The notes: generated by a model not told the origin, from the sequence alone. Shown: positions 1 to 9,400, counted from the first letter of the stretch. The stretch is 46,200 nt of DNA from Clostridia bacterium (GCA_019683875.1 JADGHN010000001.1:1-46200), one strand, 5' to 3'. Program-made: numbers and translations.

Positions 1-19
1 TGCGGGGCTTGAAAATTCT

Positions 20-95
20 TGGTGGAGACGAGGGGACTCGAACCCCCGACCTCTAGAGTGCGATTCTAGCGCTCTCCCAGCTGAGCTACGTCCCC
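20..95 (-). tRNA. tRNA-Ala (anticodon CGC)
   Basis: The reverse complement folds as a 76-nt cloverleaf. The acceptor stem is GGGGACG/CGTCTCC with the G3:U70 alanine identity pair. The anticodon loop is AUCGCAC (CGC), the T-loop is TTCGAGT, and the 3' CCA is encoded. Confidence 0.93.
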
Positions 96-96
96 G

Positions 97-131
97 AAAA
101 ACGCTCAAAAATCGCGGCGTCGCGCGCCGCG
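97..131 (-). terminator. GC hairpin plus U-rich tract directly upstream of the tRNA-Ala 5' end (terminator-like leader)
   Basis: On the minus strand, CGCGGCG-CGCGA-CGCCGCG (131->113) is followed by ATTTTTGAGCGTTTTT (112->97). It lies between the membrane-protein stop (163..165) and the tRNA. Confidence 0.4.
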
Positions 132-137
132 TCAACC

Positions 138-166
138 ATTCTATCGGGCCGCCGCGAGACCGTCAA
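138..166 (-). promoter_or_regulatory. sigma-A type promoter for tRNA-Ala
   Basis: On the minus strand, TTGACG (166->161), a 17-nt spacer and TAGAAT (143->138). The TGA stop of the upstream ORF is embedded in the -35. Confidence 0.55.
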
Positions 167-921
167 GGAACGCGTGGCATCGCGCTCGATTCAGCCGCGA
201 GCCGTTCGCTTCGCCACAGTTGCCATCCGATGACAAAAAGCCATAGCCCGGCCGGCAACTGCGTCGACAGCAGCACGGCCAGCGCCGCGCGCGGCCACGC
301 GGCGGCCGGCAAGAGGCCGGCCAGCGCAAGTCCGGCCAGCGCCGCGCCCACAACCGCAAGTCTCCGAGAGCCCGCATCGGCCGCGCGGCCGGTGGCTCGG
401 GCCCATTCCAAAACGAAGACGGCGGCCCAGAACAGGAACGCGGCGACGTAACCCAGGAGAAGGTCTCTCGCGCCGTGTGCCCAGCCCACGGCGACGAGCG
501 CGTCGCGGGCCTCGGGACTGACGAGGCGCGCGTAGCGGGCGGCAAGGGCCGTCATGCCGTTCGCTTCGTCGACGAGCACGTCCAGCCACAGGGCGAGCTG
601 CGCCGCGATGAAGATCCGCCCGGCGCTTCCCGCCATCGATGCCCGGCACGGCCCGCAGGCGGAGTAGGCCCCGGCGAGCCCCACCGTGAGCGTCGCGGCG
701 CCCACCGCGATGAGCCAGTGAATCGTGCCATAGTACGGCGTCGACGCGATGGTGGCCAGCTCCCTTTCCGCTTCGCCCGGGTCGAGGAGCGGGGGATGGA
801 ACGCCGTCGCGCCGCCGAAGAGCGCGGCGCCGATCCAAAGGCAGAGCGCCGCGAGCCGCGTCGACCGCACCCCTGCCGGTGTCTTGCCGCCTCCGGCGGC
901 GACGTTCGCGGAGCCCGCCAT
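163..921 (-). CDS. hypothetical integral membrane protein
   Basis: ORF 163..975 (-) has several Ala/Leu/Gly/Trp-rich hydrophobic segments. The ATG at 921 is preceded by GAAGGGGGA; the GTG at 975 is the longest start. No family recognised. Confidence 0.5.
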   Translation of the reverse strand: MAGSANVAAGGGKTPAGVRSTRLAALCLWIGAALFGGATAFHPPLLDPGEAERELATIASTPYYGTIHWLIAVGAATLTVGLAGAYSACGPCRASMAGSAGRIFIAAQLALWLDVLVDEANGMTALAARYARLVSPEARDALVAVGWAHGARDLLLGYVAAFLFWAAVFVLEWARATGRAADAGSRRLAVVGAALAGLALAGLLPAAAWPRAALAVLLSTQLPAGLWLFVIGWQLWRSERLAAESSAMPRVP

Positions 922-991
922 CGCCGTTCCCCCTTCGCGCTGCTTGCCCGATCTGCCGTGCCCGCCCTTTCCCACATTCTTCCCGCCCCAC

Positions 992-1020
992 TTGCAGGAG
1001 ATTCCAACATGGGGGAGAAT
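992..1020 (+). promoter_or_regulatory. putative sigma-A promoter of the mraZ/dcw operon
   Basis: TTGCAG (992..997), a 17-nt spacer and GAGAAT (1015..1020), immediately upstream of the MraZ repeat boxes. Confidence 0.4.
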
Positions 1021-1029
1021 AGGCGCACC

Positions 1030-1059
1030 AAAGTGGTGGAAAGTGGTGTGAAGTGGTAG
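1030..1059 (+). promoter_or_regulatory. MraZ operator: three direct AAGTGGTR repeats in 10-nt phase
   Basis: The sequence is aAAGTGGTGG aAAGTGGTGT gAAGTGGTAG at 1030..1059. Phased triple direct repeats between the promoter and mraZ are the known MraZ-binding architecture. Confidence 0.7.
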
Positions 1060-1076
1060 GAACGGGAGCGCCGGCC

Positions 1077-1520
1077 ATGTTCATGGGCGAATACCGGCAC
1101 ACGATCGACGACAAGGGTCGTCTGATCATGCCGGCGCGCTTCCGCGAGGGCCTCGGGGAGACGTTCGTCATCACGAAGGGCCTCGACGCCTGCCTCTTCG
1201 CCTACCCGATGACGGAGTGGCAGCAGCTCGAGCGCAAGCTTCGCGCGCTGCCCTTCACGCAAGCCAACGCGCGCGCGTTCGTCCGCTTCTTCTTCTCCGG
1301 CGCCACCGAGTGCCAGCTGGACAAGCAGGGACGCGCGCTGATCCCGCCTCACCTGCGGGAGTACGCGAAACTCGAGCGCGACGCCGTCGTGCTGGGCGTC
1401 GCCTCAAGAGTCGAGATCTGGAGCCAGGCCGAGTGGGAGCGGTACGCCGACAAGGCGGCCGCCGAGTACGCGGCCATCGCGGAGCAGCTCGCCGGTTTCG
1501 ACCTGAACTTCGATGCGTGA
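1077..1520 (+). CDS. mraZ: transcriptional regulator MraZ
   Basis: [24 protein letters not shown]... is the typical MraZ N-terminus with duplicated SpoVT/AbrB-like halves. GGGAG lies 8 nt upstream of ATG 1077. The track start at 1053 lies inside the operator repeats. Confidence 0.93.
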   Translation: MFMGEYRHTIDDKGRLIMPARFREGLGETFVITKGLDACLFAYPMTEWQQLERKLRALPFTQANARAFVRFFFSGATECQLDKQGRALIPPHLREYAKLERDAVVLGVASRVEIWSQAEWERYADKAAAEYAAIAEQLAGFDLNFDA

Positions 1521-1565
1521 GACCGGCGGGCGCGGACGTGGGGAATGCTGTGGGGGGATCCGGCG

Positions 1566-2555
1566 ATGGGCCTCGCGCTTGGGATGGCGGATGAGATGAT
1601 CTACACGCACGTGCCCGTGCTGCTCGACGATGTCGTCCGCCTTTTGGCGCCCCGCGACGGCGACCTGATCCTCGACTGCACCGTCGGATCGGGCGGCCAC
1701 GCGGCCGCGCTGCTGCACGCGGCCGGGCCCCGAGCGCGCCTTTTGGGCATCGACCGCGACCCGGAGGCGCTGGAGCGCGCCGCCCGCCAGCTCGCGCCGT
1801 TCGGCGAGCGTGTGCGGCTGGTGCGCGCGAACTACGCGCAGCTTGAGAGCGTGCTGGAGCGCGAGGGCGTGGAACGCGTCGATCGCGTGCTCTTCGACCT
1901 CGGCGTGTCCTCGCCCCAGCTCGACGACCCGGACCGCGGCTTCACGTACCGTGCCGACGCACCGCTGGACATGCGCATGGATCCCGCGGAGCCCACCACC
2001 GCCTACCACCTGGTCAACGGATTGACGGAAAGCGAGCTCACCCGGATGCTGCGCGATTACGGCGAGGAGCGCTGGGCGGCGCGCATCGCCCACTTCATCG
2101 TCGAGGCGCGGGCGAAGGAGCCCATCGCCACCACGGGGCAGCTGGTCGACATCATCAAGCGCGCCGTGCCGGCCGCGGCGCGGCGGCACGGGCCCCATCC
2201 TGCCCGCCGGACCTTCCAGGCGCTCCGCATCGCCGTGAACCGCGAGCTGGAGTCCCTTGCGGCAGGGCTGGAGGCGGCCCACCGGCGGCTGGCGCCGTGC
2301 GGGCGGCTGGCCGTCATCAGCTTTCATTCGTTGGAGGATCGGATCGTCAAGCACCGGTTCCGCCAGTGGGAAAAGGGCTGCCAGTGCCCGCCCGGCGCGC
2401 CTGCGTGCCGCTGCGGGGGCCGTCCGACGGTGCGCGTCCTGACGCGCAAGCCCGTGGTGGCCACGGAAAGCGAGATCGCGGCGAACCCCCGCGCCCGAAG
2501 CGCCAAGCTTCGCGTCGCGGAAAGGCTCGCGGGCGACGGGACGGGCTCGTTCTAG
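1566..2555 (+). CDS. rsmH: 16S rRNA (cytosine1402-N4)-methyltransferase RsmH
   Basis: HVPVLLDDV, DCTVGSGGH and ISFHSLEDRIVK motifs, in the position after mraZ. The start is ambiguous (ATG at 1545, 1566, 1584 or 1596); 1566 has GGGGGGA 7 nt upstream. Confidence 0.9.
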   Translation: MGLALGMADEMIYTHVPVLLDDVVRLLAPRDGDLILDCTVGSGGHAAALLHAAGPRARLLGIDRDPEALERAARQLAPFGERVRLVRANYAQLESVLEREGVERVDRVLFDLGVSSPQLDDPDRGFTYRADAPLDMRMDPAEPTTAYHLVNGLTESELTRMLRDYGEERWAARIAHFIVEARAKEPIATTGQLVDIIKRAVPAAARRHGPHPARRTFQALRIAVNRELESLAAGLEAAHRRLAPCGRLAVISFHSLEDRIVKHRFRQWEKGCQCPPGAPACRCGGRPTVRVLTRKPVVATESEIAANPRARSAKLRVAERLAGDGTGSF

Positions 2556-2576
2556 GAGAGACAAGGGGAGAATAGC

Positions 2577-3257
2577 GTGGTTACGACTCGTCGTGGATTG
2601 TACACTGGTGCCGCTGCGACGGCCGCCGCGGCGGGAACCTCCGCCCTGGCGGCGCCGATGCCCGCCACAGCGTGGGCCGGGCCGGGCTCCCTGGCGGAGG
2701 CGCCGCTGCGCCGGGACGAGTGGGAGCGCCTGCGCCGGCGCGAGGCGGCCGAGCGGGAAGCCGACGCCCGCCGGCGGGAGACGGCGCGCAAGCTCGAACG
2801 GGCGCGCCAGCGCGCCAGGGCCGGCCGCGCCTGGAGGCAGTTCCTGGGATCCGCGCTGACGATCGCCTTCGCGTTCGCCGTGCTCGTCGCCGTCGTGGCG
2901 CGCGGGTACGGCGTCATCGAGGCTGGATACCGCCTGGACAGCCTGCGGCAGAAGGTCCAGGAGGCCCAGTGGGAAGAGCAGCGGCTGGAGGCTGCCATCG
3001 GGCGCGCGAAGTCGCCGGCGACGGTCCAGGAAGCGGCAACCACGCGCCTCAGCATGGCCGTGCCGCCGCGCATGGTGAAGATCGCCGTCCACCCGGCCTC
3101 GCCGGAAGCCACGGCTGCTCCGGCCACGCGCGAGGCGACCGTCGCGCTGGCACCGCCGCCCAGCCCACGCGAGCGCACCGACGTCTGGACGGCCTTGAAC
3201 GCGTGGCTGTACTCCTGGTTCTCCGGCGGCGAGGTGCAAGCCCGCACCCTGCGCTAG
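2577..3257 (+). CDS. ftsL: FtsL-like cell-division protein (single TM helix plus coiled coil, long Ala/Arg-rich N-terminal extension)
   Basis: Position between rsmH and the PBP. One TM segment (LTIAFAFAVLVAVVA) is followed by a heptad-like region. SD AAGGGGAG precedes GTG 2577. Confidence 0.7.
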   Translation: MVTTRRGLYTGAAATAAAAGTSALAAPMPATAWAGPGSLAEAPLRRDEWERLRRREAAEREADARRRETARKLERARQRARAGRAWRQFLGSALTIAFAFAVLVAVVARGYGVIEAGYRLDSLRQKVQEAQWEEQRLEAAIGRAKSPATVQEAATTRLSMAVPPRMVKIAVHPASPEATAAPATREATVALAPPPSPRERTDVWTALNAWLYSWFSGGEVQARTLR

Positions 3258-3312
3258 GGCGCCACCGGGTGCACGCCCAGGGCCGCCCATCGGGTGGGAG
3301 GAGACCACGTCC

Positions 3313-5448
3313 GTGCCCGTGCGCACCGTCCGGCGCCGCATCCTCTTCACGTTGTTCGCGACGTTCGCCGCCCTCGTGTTCCTCGTGGGCCGGCTGGCGT
3401 GGATCCAGTTCGTCGAGGGCGCCTCGCTGCAGAAGCGGGCGATGCAATCCCGCACCTTTGCCGTGCCCGTGCAGGCGAAGCGCGGGGACATCCTCGACCG
3501 GAACGGCCGGCCCCTGGCCCTGAGCATGGACCTGGAAAGCGTGTGGGCCAACCCGGCCGAGATCCCGCCGGATCGCGTGGACGCCATGGCCCATCAGCTC
3601 TCGCCCCTCCTGGGCATCAGCGAGAGGACGCTTCAGGCGCGGCTTTCGCAGTCCTCGGCGTTCGTTTGGCTCAAGCACGCCCTGGACGACGCGACCGCGC
3701 AGAAGGTGCGCGCCCTCGACCTGCCCGGCATCCACTTCACGCGCGAGACGGGACGCGTGTACCCCGAGGGGACGCTGGCGGCCAACGTGCTGGGCTTCGC
3801 CACCGTGTTCAACGCCTTCTACGGTGTGGAGCAGTACTACAACAAGGAGCTGGCCGGCACGCCGGGCAGCGTCCAGCTGCAGCGGGACGCGCTCGGCCGG
3901 CCGATCGCGGGTGCGGAGCACGAGATCGTTGCGCCGAAAGATGGCGAGACGCTGGAGCTGTCGCTCGACGCGACGATCCAGTACATCTGCGAGCGTGAGC
4001 TCGACAAGGCGGTGCTGGCGAGCCACGCGGTGGCGGGGTACGCCGTGGCCATGGACCCGTCGACCGGCGAGATCCTCTGCCTCGCGAACCGGCCGACGTT
4101 CGATCCCAACCACTACGCGGACTACCCGCAGGAGTCGTACCGGAACCGCGTCGTGACCGACACGCTCTCGCCGGGCTCCACGTTCAAGCCGATCACGGCC
4201 GCCGCGGCGCTGGCGGAGGGCGTCGTCACGCCGGACACCGGCTTTTACGACAACGGCGCCTACACCGTCCTCGGGAAGACGATCCACAACTGGAACGGGG
4301 CGGGCCTCGGGGCGACGACCTTCGCCAAGGGGTTCTGGGAATCGGCGAACACGATCTTCGCACGCGTGGCCGTGATGACGGGCAAGGAGCGCTTCTACGA
4401 TTACCTCGAGAGGTTCGGGCTGACGAAGCCGACGGGCATCGACCTGCCGGGCGAGGTCTCGGGGATCCGGCCGGCCGAGAAGAGGGCGACGGACCTGGAC
4501 CTGGCGATCATGGGCTTCGGCCAGACCCTCACCGTGACGCCGATCCAGCTCGTCACGGCGATCGCGGCCATCGCCAACGGCGGCGAGCTCATGTGGCCGC
4601 ACGTGGCGAAGGCCTTCCTCGACGCCGACGGGCACGTGGTGCGCACGGTGCAGCCGAAGGCCGTCCGCCGCGTCATTACGGAGGCCACGGCGGCCCAACT
4701 GCGGGACCTGATGCAGAAGGTCGTCGACGAGGGCACCGGCCAGCTGGCGCAGATCCCGTGCTACACGATCGGAGGCAAGACGGGCACCACGCAGAAGGTC
4801 GTCAACGGCCGGGTGAGCGGCAGCGGCGCGTACATCGCCTCCTTCGTGGGCTTCGCGCCCGTCGACAGGCCACGCGTGGTGCTGTACGTGGCCATCGACG
4901 AGCCCAAGGGCGTGTTCTACGGCGGCCAGGTGGCGGCGCCGGTCTTCGAGGCGATCATGCGGGACGTGCTCCGCTACCTCGACGTGCCGCCGCACTGCAC
5001 TCCGGGCGAGCAGCGCGACGCGTCGGAGGAGGCGCCCCGGCAGGTGGTCCCGTCGCTCGTGAACCTGCCGCTGCCGGAGGCGCTCGCCGCCGCCCAGGAG
5101 GCCGGGTTCACGGCCGTCGTCAAGGGTTCGGGCTTCCGCGTGGCGCGGCAGACGCCGCCGGCCGGAGCGCAGGTGGCGGCCGGGACGACGATCATCGCCT
5201 ACACCGACGATTCGCCCCCGCCGGCGAGCGGCAAGGTGACGGTGCCCGACCTCCGCGGCCAGACGATGCGGGAAGCGGCGCGGATTCTGGGTCTCGAGGG
5301 CCTGAAACTCGACTTCGCGCCGGGGAGCACGGGGCTCGTCGTCTCCCAGGACCCCGCCCCCCTCACGCTTGTGGATCCGGGCACCGTGGTGCGGGTCGTC
5401 TTCCAGCCCCCCAACTCCAGCGAAGCGGCGCCGAATGGTCTAAGATGA
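3313..5448 (+). CDS. class B penicillin-binding protein (FtsI/PBP2B/SpoVD type) with two C-terminal PASTA domains
   Basis: N-terminal TM anchor. Transpeptidase motifs STFK, SAN and KTGT. Two PASTA-like repeats lie near the C-terminus. SD GGAGGAG precedes GTG 3313. Confidence 0.93.
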   Translation: MPVRTVRRRILFTLFATFAALVFLVGRLAWIQFVEGASLQKRAMQSRTFAVPVQAKRGDILDRNGRPLALSMDLESVWANPAEIPPDRVDAMAHQLSPLLGISERTLQARLSQSSAFVWLKHALDDATAQKVRALDLPGIHFTRETGRVYPEGTLAANVLGFATVFNAFYGVEQYYNKELAGTPGSVQLQRDALGRPIAGAEHEIVAPKDGETLELSLDATIQYICERELDKAVLASHAVAGYAVAMDPSTGEILCLANRPTFDPNHYADYPQESYRNRVVTDTLSPGSTFKPITAAAALAEGVVTPDTGFYDNGAYTVLGKTIHNWNGAGLGATTFAKGFWESANTIFARVAVMTGKERFYDYLERFGLTKPTGIDLPGEVSGIRPAEKRATDLDLAIMGFGQTLTVTPIQLVTAIAAIANGGELMWPHVAKAFLDADGHVVRTVQPKAVRRVITEATAAQLRDLMQKVVDEGTGQLAQIPCYTIGGKTGTTQKVVNGRVSGSGAYIASFVGFAPVDRPRVVLYVAIDEPKGVFYGGQVAAPVFEAIMRDVLRYLDVPPHCTPGEQRDASEEAPRQVVPSLVNLPLPEALAAAQEAGFTAVVKGSGFRVARQTPPAGAQVAAGTTIIAYTDDSPPPASGKVTVPDLRGQTMREAARILGLEGLKLDFAPGSTGLVVSQDPAPLTLVDPGTVVRVVFQPPNSSEAAPNGLR

Positions 5449-5484
5449 TGGCGATTTGGTAATTCCTACTAAGGGTTGACGCAC

Positions 5485-6999
5485 ATGGACGATTGGCTGC
5501 AGTTGATCCACGGGTTGGGGCGGCGGATCGGACCGGAGCCGGAGCGCATCGCCGGGATCGCTTACGACAGCCGCCGGGTCGAACCGGGCTTCTGCTTCAT
5601 CGCAGTGCCGGGATTCCGCGTCGATGGGCACGACTTCATCCCGGACGCCGTGGCCCGCGGCGCGCGCGCGCTCGTCGTCCAGCGCGAGGACGCCGTGCCC
5701 GAGGGCATGGCGGCGGTCGTCGTCGAGGACGCGCGGGCGGCCATGGCGCGGTTGGCCGCGCGCTTCTACGACCATCCCTCGCGCGAGCTCGGCCTCGTGG
5801 GCGTGACGGGCACGAACGGCAAGACGACGACGACCTACATGTCCCGGGCCGTGCTGGAGACGGCGGGGCCCACGGGGCTCATCGGCACGGTGCAGAGCAT
5901 CGTCGGGCGGCAGGCGCAGCCGGCGGAGCGGACCACGCCGGAGGCGCCGGACCTCAACCGGATGCTGAGGGCGATGCGCGTCGCCGGCGACCGCTTTGCG
6001 GTGATGGAGGTCTCCTCGGAAGGTCTCGCGCTCCACCGCGCCGACGGCCTCGACTTCAACGTGGCCGTCTTCACGAACCTCACCCAGGACCACCTCAACT
6101 TCCACGGGACGATGGAAGCCTACTTCGAGGCCAAGGCGAAGCTCTTCGACATGCTCGCCCAGGTGCCCGAGGGCGGCCACGGGGGCGGGCCGCGGGGCGC
6201 CGTCATCAACGTCGACGACGCGTACGGGCGCCGTCTCGCGGAGCGGTGCAGGGTGCCGCTCGTCACCTACGGCGTGGAGAGGGAGGCGGACATCCGCGCG
6301 GTGGACGTCGAAGCGGGCGGCGATGGGCTCGCCTTCACGCTGACGTTCCCCGGCGGGACGCTGCCGGTGCGCCTGCGGGTGGGGGGCCGGTTCAACGTGT
6401 ACAATGCGCTCGCCGCGTTCGGCGTCGGCTGGGTGTTCGGGATCGAGCCCGAGCGTGCCGTGGCGGCGCTGGCGCGCGTGGAGGGGGCGCCCGGCCGCTT
6501 CGAGCACGTCCGGGCGGGCCAGCCGTTCACCGTGGTCGTCGACTACGCGCACTCGCCGGACGGCATCGAGAACGTGCTGCGCGCCGCGCGCGAGGTGACG
6601 CGCGGGCGCGTGATCGCCGTGTTCGGCGCCGGCGGCGACCGCGACCGGACGAAGCGCCCGCTCATGGGCGCGGCAGGCGCGAGGCTCGCGGATGTGGTCG
6701 TGCTGACCTCGGACAACCCGCGGAGCGAGGATCCGGAGCGGATCCTCGACGACATCGCGGCGGGCGCGAACGAGGCGGCCGCGCGTTCCGGGGCGCGCGT
6801 GCTCCGCGAGGTCGACCGGCGCGCGGCCATCCGGCTGGCGTTCGAGCAGGCGCAGCCGGGGGACATCGTCGTCATCGCGGGGAAGGGGCACGAGACGTAC
6901 CAGATCTTCCGCGACCGCACGATCCACTTCGACGACCGCGAGGTGGCCCTGGAAGAGTTGCGCGCGATGGGCTACGGGGAAGGCGGACAGGGACGGTGA
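5485..6999 (+). CDS. murE: UDP-N-acetylmuramoyl-L-alanyl-D-glutamate--2,6-diaminopimelate ligase MurE
   Basis: GVTGTNGKTTT P-loop and a DNPR motif (meso-DAP type). The track start is TTG 5476; ATG 5485 has AAGGG 9 nt upstream. Confidence 0.93.
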   Translation: MDDWLQLIHGLGRRIGPEPERIAGIAYDSRRVEPGFCFIAVPGFRVDGHDFIPDAVARGARALVVQREDAVPEGMAAVVVEDARAAMARLAARFYDHPSRELGLVGVTGTNGKTTTTYMSRAVLETAGPTGLIGTVQSIVGRQAQPAERTTPEAPDLNRMLRAMRVAGDRFAVMEVSSEGLALHRADGLDFNVAVFTNLTQDHLNFHGTMEAYFEAKAKLFDMLAQVPEGGHGGGPRGAVINVDDAYGRRLAERCRVPLVTYGVEREADIRAVDVEAGGDGLAFTLTFPGGTLPVRLRVGGRFNVYNALAAFGVGWVFGIEPERAVAALARVEGAPGRFEHVRAGQPFTVVVDYAHSPDGIENVLRAAREVTRGRVIAVFGAGGDRDRTKRPLMGAAGARLADVVVLTSDNPRSEDPERILDDIAAGANEAAARSGARVLREVDRRAAIRLAFEQAQPGDIVVIAGKGHETYQIFRDRTIHFDDREVALEELRAMGYGEGGQGR

Positions 7000-8426
7000 G
7001 CTTTGCGCAGCACGCGCCCGGCGCGCGGTACGAGCCCGGCTGGACGGTGGCGGAGCTGGCCGCGGCGACGCGCGGCCGCATCGAGGGGGCTCCCGCGGCC
7101 GAGTCCCTCCGCTTCCGGCACGTCAGCATCGACAGCCGCGAGGTGGAGCCGGGCGGGCTGTTCGTGGCCCTGCGCGGCACGCGCGCCGACGGGCACGACC
7201 ATCTCGCCGCGGCCGCCTCGGCCGGCGCGGCCGTGGCGCTGGTGGAGCGGATTCCGGAAGGCGCGCCGCGCGGCGTCGTCTACGTCGTGGTCGACGAGTC
7301 GCTGGCCGCGCTCGGCCGCTTCGCCGCATGGCACCGCCGCCGCTTCCGGCCGCGCGTCGTGGGCGTGACGGGGAGCGTCGGCAAGACCACGTGCAAGGAC
7401 ATGACGGCCGGCGTCCTCGCCCGCCGCTTCCGCACGTACAAGTCCCCCGGCAACCTCAACAGCCACACGGGCCTGCCCCTGGCGCTGCTGCAGCTCGAAG
7501 CCGGGCACGAGGTCGCCGTGCTGGAGATGGCGATGCGCGGGCCGGGGGAGATCGCCTACCTCTGCGAGCTGGCGGAGCCCGAGGTCGGCGTCGTCACGGT
7601 GATCGGCGAGTCGCACCTCGAGCGCCTGGGTTCCATCGAACGGATCGCGGAGGCGAAGTTCGAGCTCGTCCGCGCCCTGCCGGCCGGCGGGCGCGCCGTG
7701 CTGAACGCCGACGACCCGTGGCAACGGCGCTTCGGCGCGGAGGCGCGCGTGGCCGTGACCTGGTACGGGCGCGGCGAGGCGGCCGAGGTCCGCGCCGTCG
7801 ACATCGTGACGCTCGGCGCGCGGGGCACGCGCTTCCGCCTGATCACGCCGGACGGGGAGGCGGAGGTCCACCTGCCGCAACCCGGGCCGCACCTCGTGCA
7901 GAACGCGCTCGCGGCGGCCGGCGTGGGGTACGTGATGGGCGTCGACCCGGAGCGCATCGCCCAGGGGCTGCGCACGTACACACCCTCGGGCATGCGCGCG
8001 GAGCTTCTGCGCTTTGGCGGCGTCACCGTGCTCGATGACAGCTACAACGCGAGCCCCACCTCCACGCGGGCGGCGCTGCAGGCGTTGAAGGACGTCGCGG
8101 GGCGAGGGCGACGGCTGGCCGTGCTCGGCGACATGCTGGAGCTCGGCCCGGAGGCCGAGCGCCTGCACGAGGAGGTCGGCGCGGACTGCGCCGATCTCGA
8201 CGCGCTGGTGACGGTCGGGCCGCTGGCGCGCCGCATCGGGGAGGGCGCGCTCAAGGCCGGCCTGCCGCCCCGCCGCTGGACGCACGCGCCCGGAGTGGAG
8301 GCGGCCGCGCTGTGCGTGGCCTCGCTGGCGCGCGAAGGGGATACGGTGCTCGTCAAGGCGTCGAGGGGCATGCGCTTCGAGCGCCTCGTCGAGCGACTCG
8401 CGGAAGAATGGGGTCGTGACGCGTGA
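6996..8426 (+). CDS. murF: UDP-N-acetylmuramoyl-tripeptide--D-alanyl-D-alanine ligase MurF
   Basis: GVTGSVGKTTCKD P-loop and Mur ligase middle and C-terminal domains. GTG 6996 overlaps the murE stop (GTGA). The upstream 500 aa of track ORF 5493..8426 is an out-of-frame overlap of murE. Confidence 0.92.
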   Translation: MSFAQHAPGARYEPGWTVAELAAATRGRIEGAPAAESLRFRHVSIDSREVEPGGLFVALRGTRADGHDHLAAAASAGAAVALVERIPEGAPRGVVYVVVDESLAALGRFAAWHRRRFRPRVVGVTGSVGKTTCKDMTAGVLARRFRTYKSPGNLNSHTGLPLALLQLEAGHEVAVLEMAMRGPGEIAYLCELAEPEVGVVTVIGESHLERLGSIERIAEAKFELVRALPAGGRAVLNADDPWQRRFGAEARVAVTWYGRGEAAEVRAVDIVTLGARGTRFRLITPDGEAEVHLPQPGPHLVQNALAAAGVGYVMGVDPERIAQGLRTYTPSGMRAELLRFGGVTVLDDSYNASPTSTRAALQALKDVAGRGRRLAVLGDMLELGPEAERLHEEVGADCADLDALVTVGPLARRIGEGALKAGLPPRRWTHAPGVEAAALCVASLAREGDTVLVKASRGMRFERLVERLAEEWGRDA

Positions 8427-9400
8427 TCGTGAACCCGTGGGCGATCGCCGTGATCGTCGTGGCGGCCGCGGCTCTGACGGCCGTGCTGGTGTGGCTGCTT
8501 CTGCCGCTTCTCAGGGCCTTGAAGGTGGGGCAGCCGTCGAGGGAGTTCGACCCGGAGACGTATAAGGGCAAGCGGGGCACGCCCACCATGGGCGGGCTGG
8601 CGTTCATGATCGGCGCCTCGGCCGTCGTGCTCGCCACGGGCCTGTTCACCCCGGGCGTCGTGCTCTCTCTCGTGATGTTTCTCGGCTTCGGCGTGCTCGG
8701 TTTCCTGGACGACTACATCAAGGTCGTGCACCAGCGGCCGCTGGGATTGAAGGCACGGCACAAGCTCCTCGGCGAGACGGCGCTCGGCCTCTTCCTCGCG
8801 TGGGGCGTGGCCGAGTGGCTGCGCGCGCCCACCTGGGTGAGCATTCCGTTCACCGGCATCCACGTGGACCTCGGCGGCCTGTATTACCCGTTCCTCGTTC
8901 TGGTGGCCATCGCCACCTCCAACGGCACGAACCTCACGGACGGCGCGGACGGGCTGCTCGCCGGCGCCACGCTGCCGATCGGGGCGGCGCTCGGCTGGTA
9001 CGCGTGGCAGCACGGCCAACCGGACGTCGTCGTGCTCGCATTCGCCCTGGTGGGTGCGCTCTTCGGCTTCCTGTTTTGGAACGCGCACCCGGCGCGTATT
9101 TTCATGGGGGACACCGGCTCCATGGCCATCGGCGGCCTGCTCGTCGCCCTGGCGGCGCTGACGAAGACGGAGCTGTGGCTCGTCGTGTACGGCGGCCTGT
9201 ACGTGCTGGAGACGCTTTCGGTCATCGTCCAGGTCTTCTCGTTCCGGGTCTTCGGGCGGCGCGTGATCCGCATGAGTCCCGTGCACTACCACTTTCTCGT
9301 GGGCGGGTGGCCGGAGCGGCGGGTGGTCCTCATGTTTTGGGCCCTTTCCACCGCGTTCGCGGGCGTCGCGCTGTGGAATCTGCTGCAGGGAGGCGCCTAG
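8423..9400 (+). CDS. mraY: phospho-N-acetylmuramoyl-pentapeptide transferase MraY
   Basis: Polytopic membrane protein with NGTNLTDGADGL and MGDTGS motifs. There is a GTGA overlap with murF. Confidence 0.95.
   Translation: MIVNPWAIAVIVVAAAALTAVLVWLLLPLLRALKVGQPSREFDPETYKGKRGTPTMGGLAFMIGASAVVLATGLFTPGVVLSLVMFLGFGVLGFLDDYIKVVHQRPLGLKARHKLLGETALGLFLAWGVAEWLRAPTWVSIPFTGIHVDLGGLYYPFLVLVAIATSNGTNLTDGADGLLAGATLPIGAALGWYAWQHGQPDVVVLAFALVGALFGFLFWNAHPARIFMGDTGSMAIGGLLVALAALTKTELWLVVYGGLYVLETLSVIVQVFSFRVFGRRVIRMSPVHYHFLVGGWPERRVVLMFWALSTAFAGVALWNLLQGGA

Noticed and set aside
1404-3587. Very long antisense ORFs throughout the window. Examples are 1404..3587(-), 3049..4995(-), 8042..10561(-), 11265..13091(-), 13789..15393(-), 29266..32034(-), 30219..32180(-), 35386..36582(-) and 42588..44441(-).
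   Set aside because: They lie opposite full-length, motif-bearing conserved genes. Their translations are Arg/Ala/Gly/Pro-rich with no recognisable motifs and no SD. Long stop-free antisense frames are expected at this GC content.
5493-8426. The 977-aa ORF apparently fuses a large N-terminal region to MurF. ORFs 13747..15330, 21517..22959, 22446..24662, 25193..27271, 28384..29733, 37796..39367, 38461..40299 and 41445..43445 behave the same way.
   Set aside because: The upstream parts are out-of-frame read-throughs of the preceding gene with Arg/Gly-rich nonsense. The real proteins start at GTG, ATG or TTG codons overlapping or just after the upstream stop.
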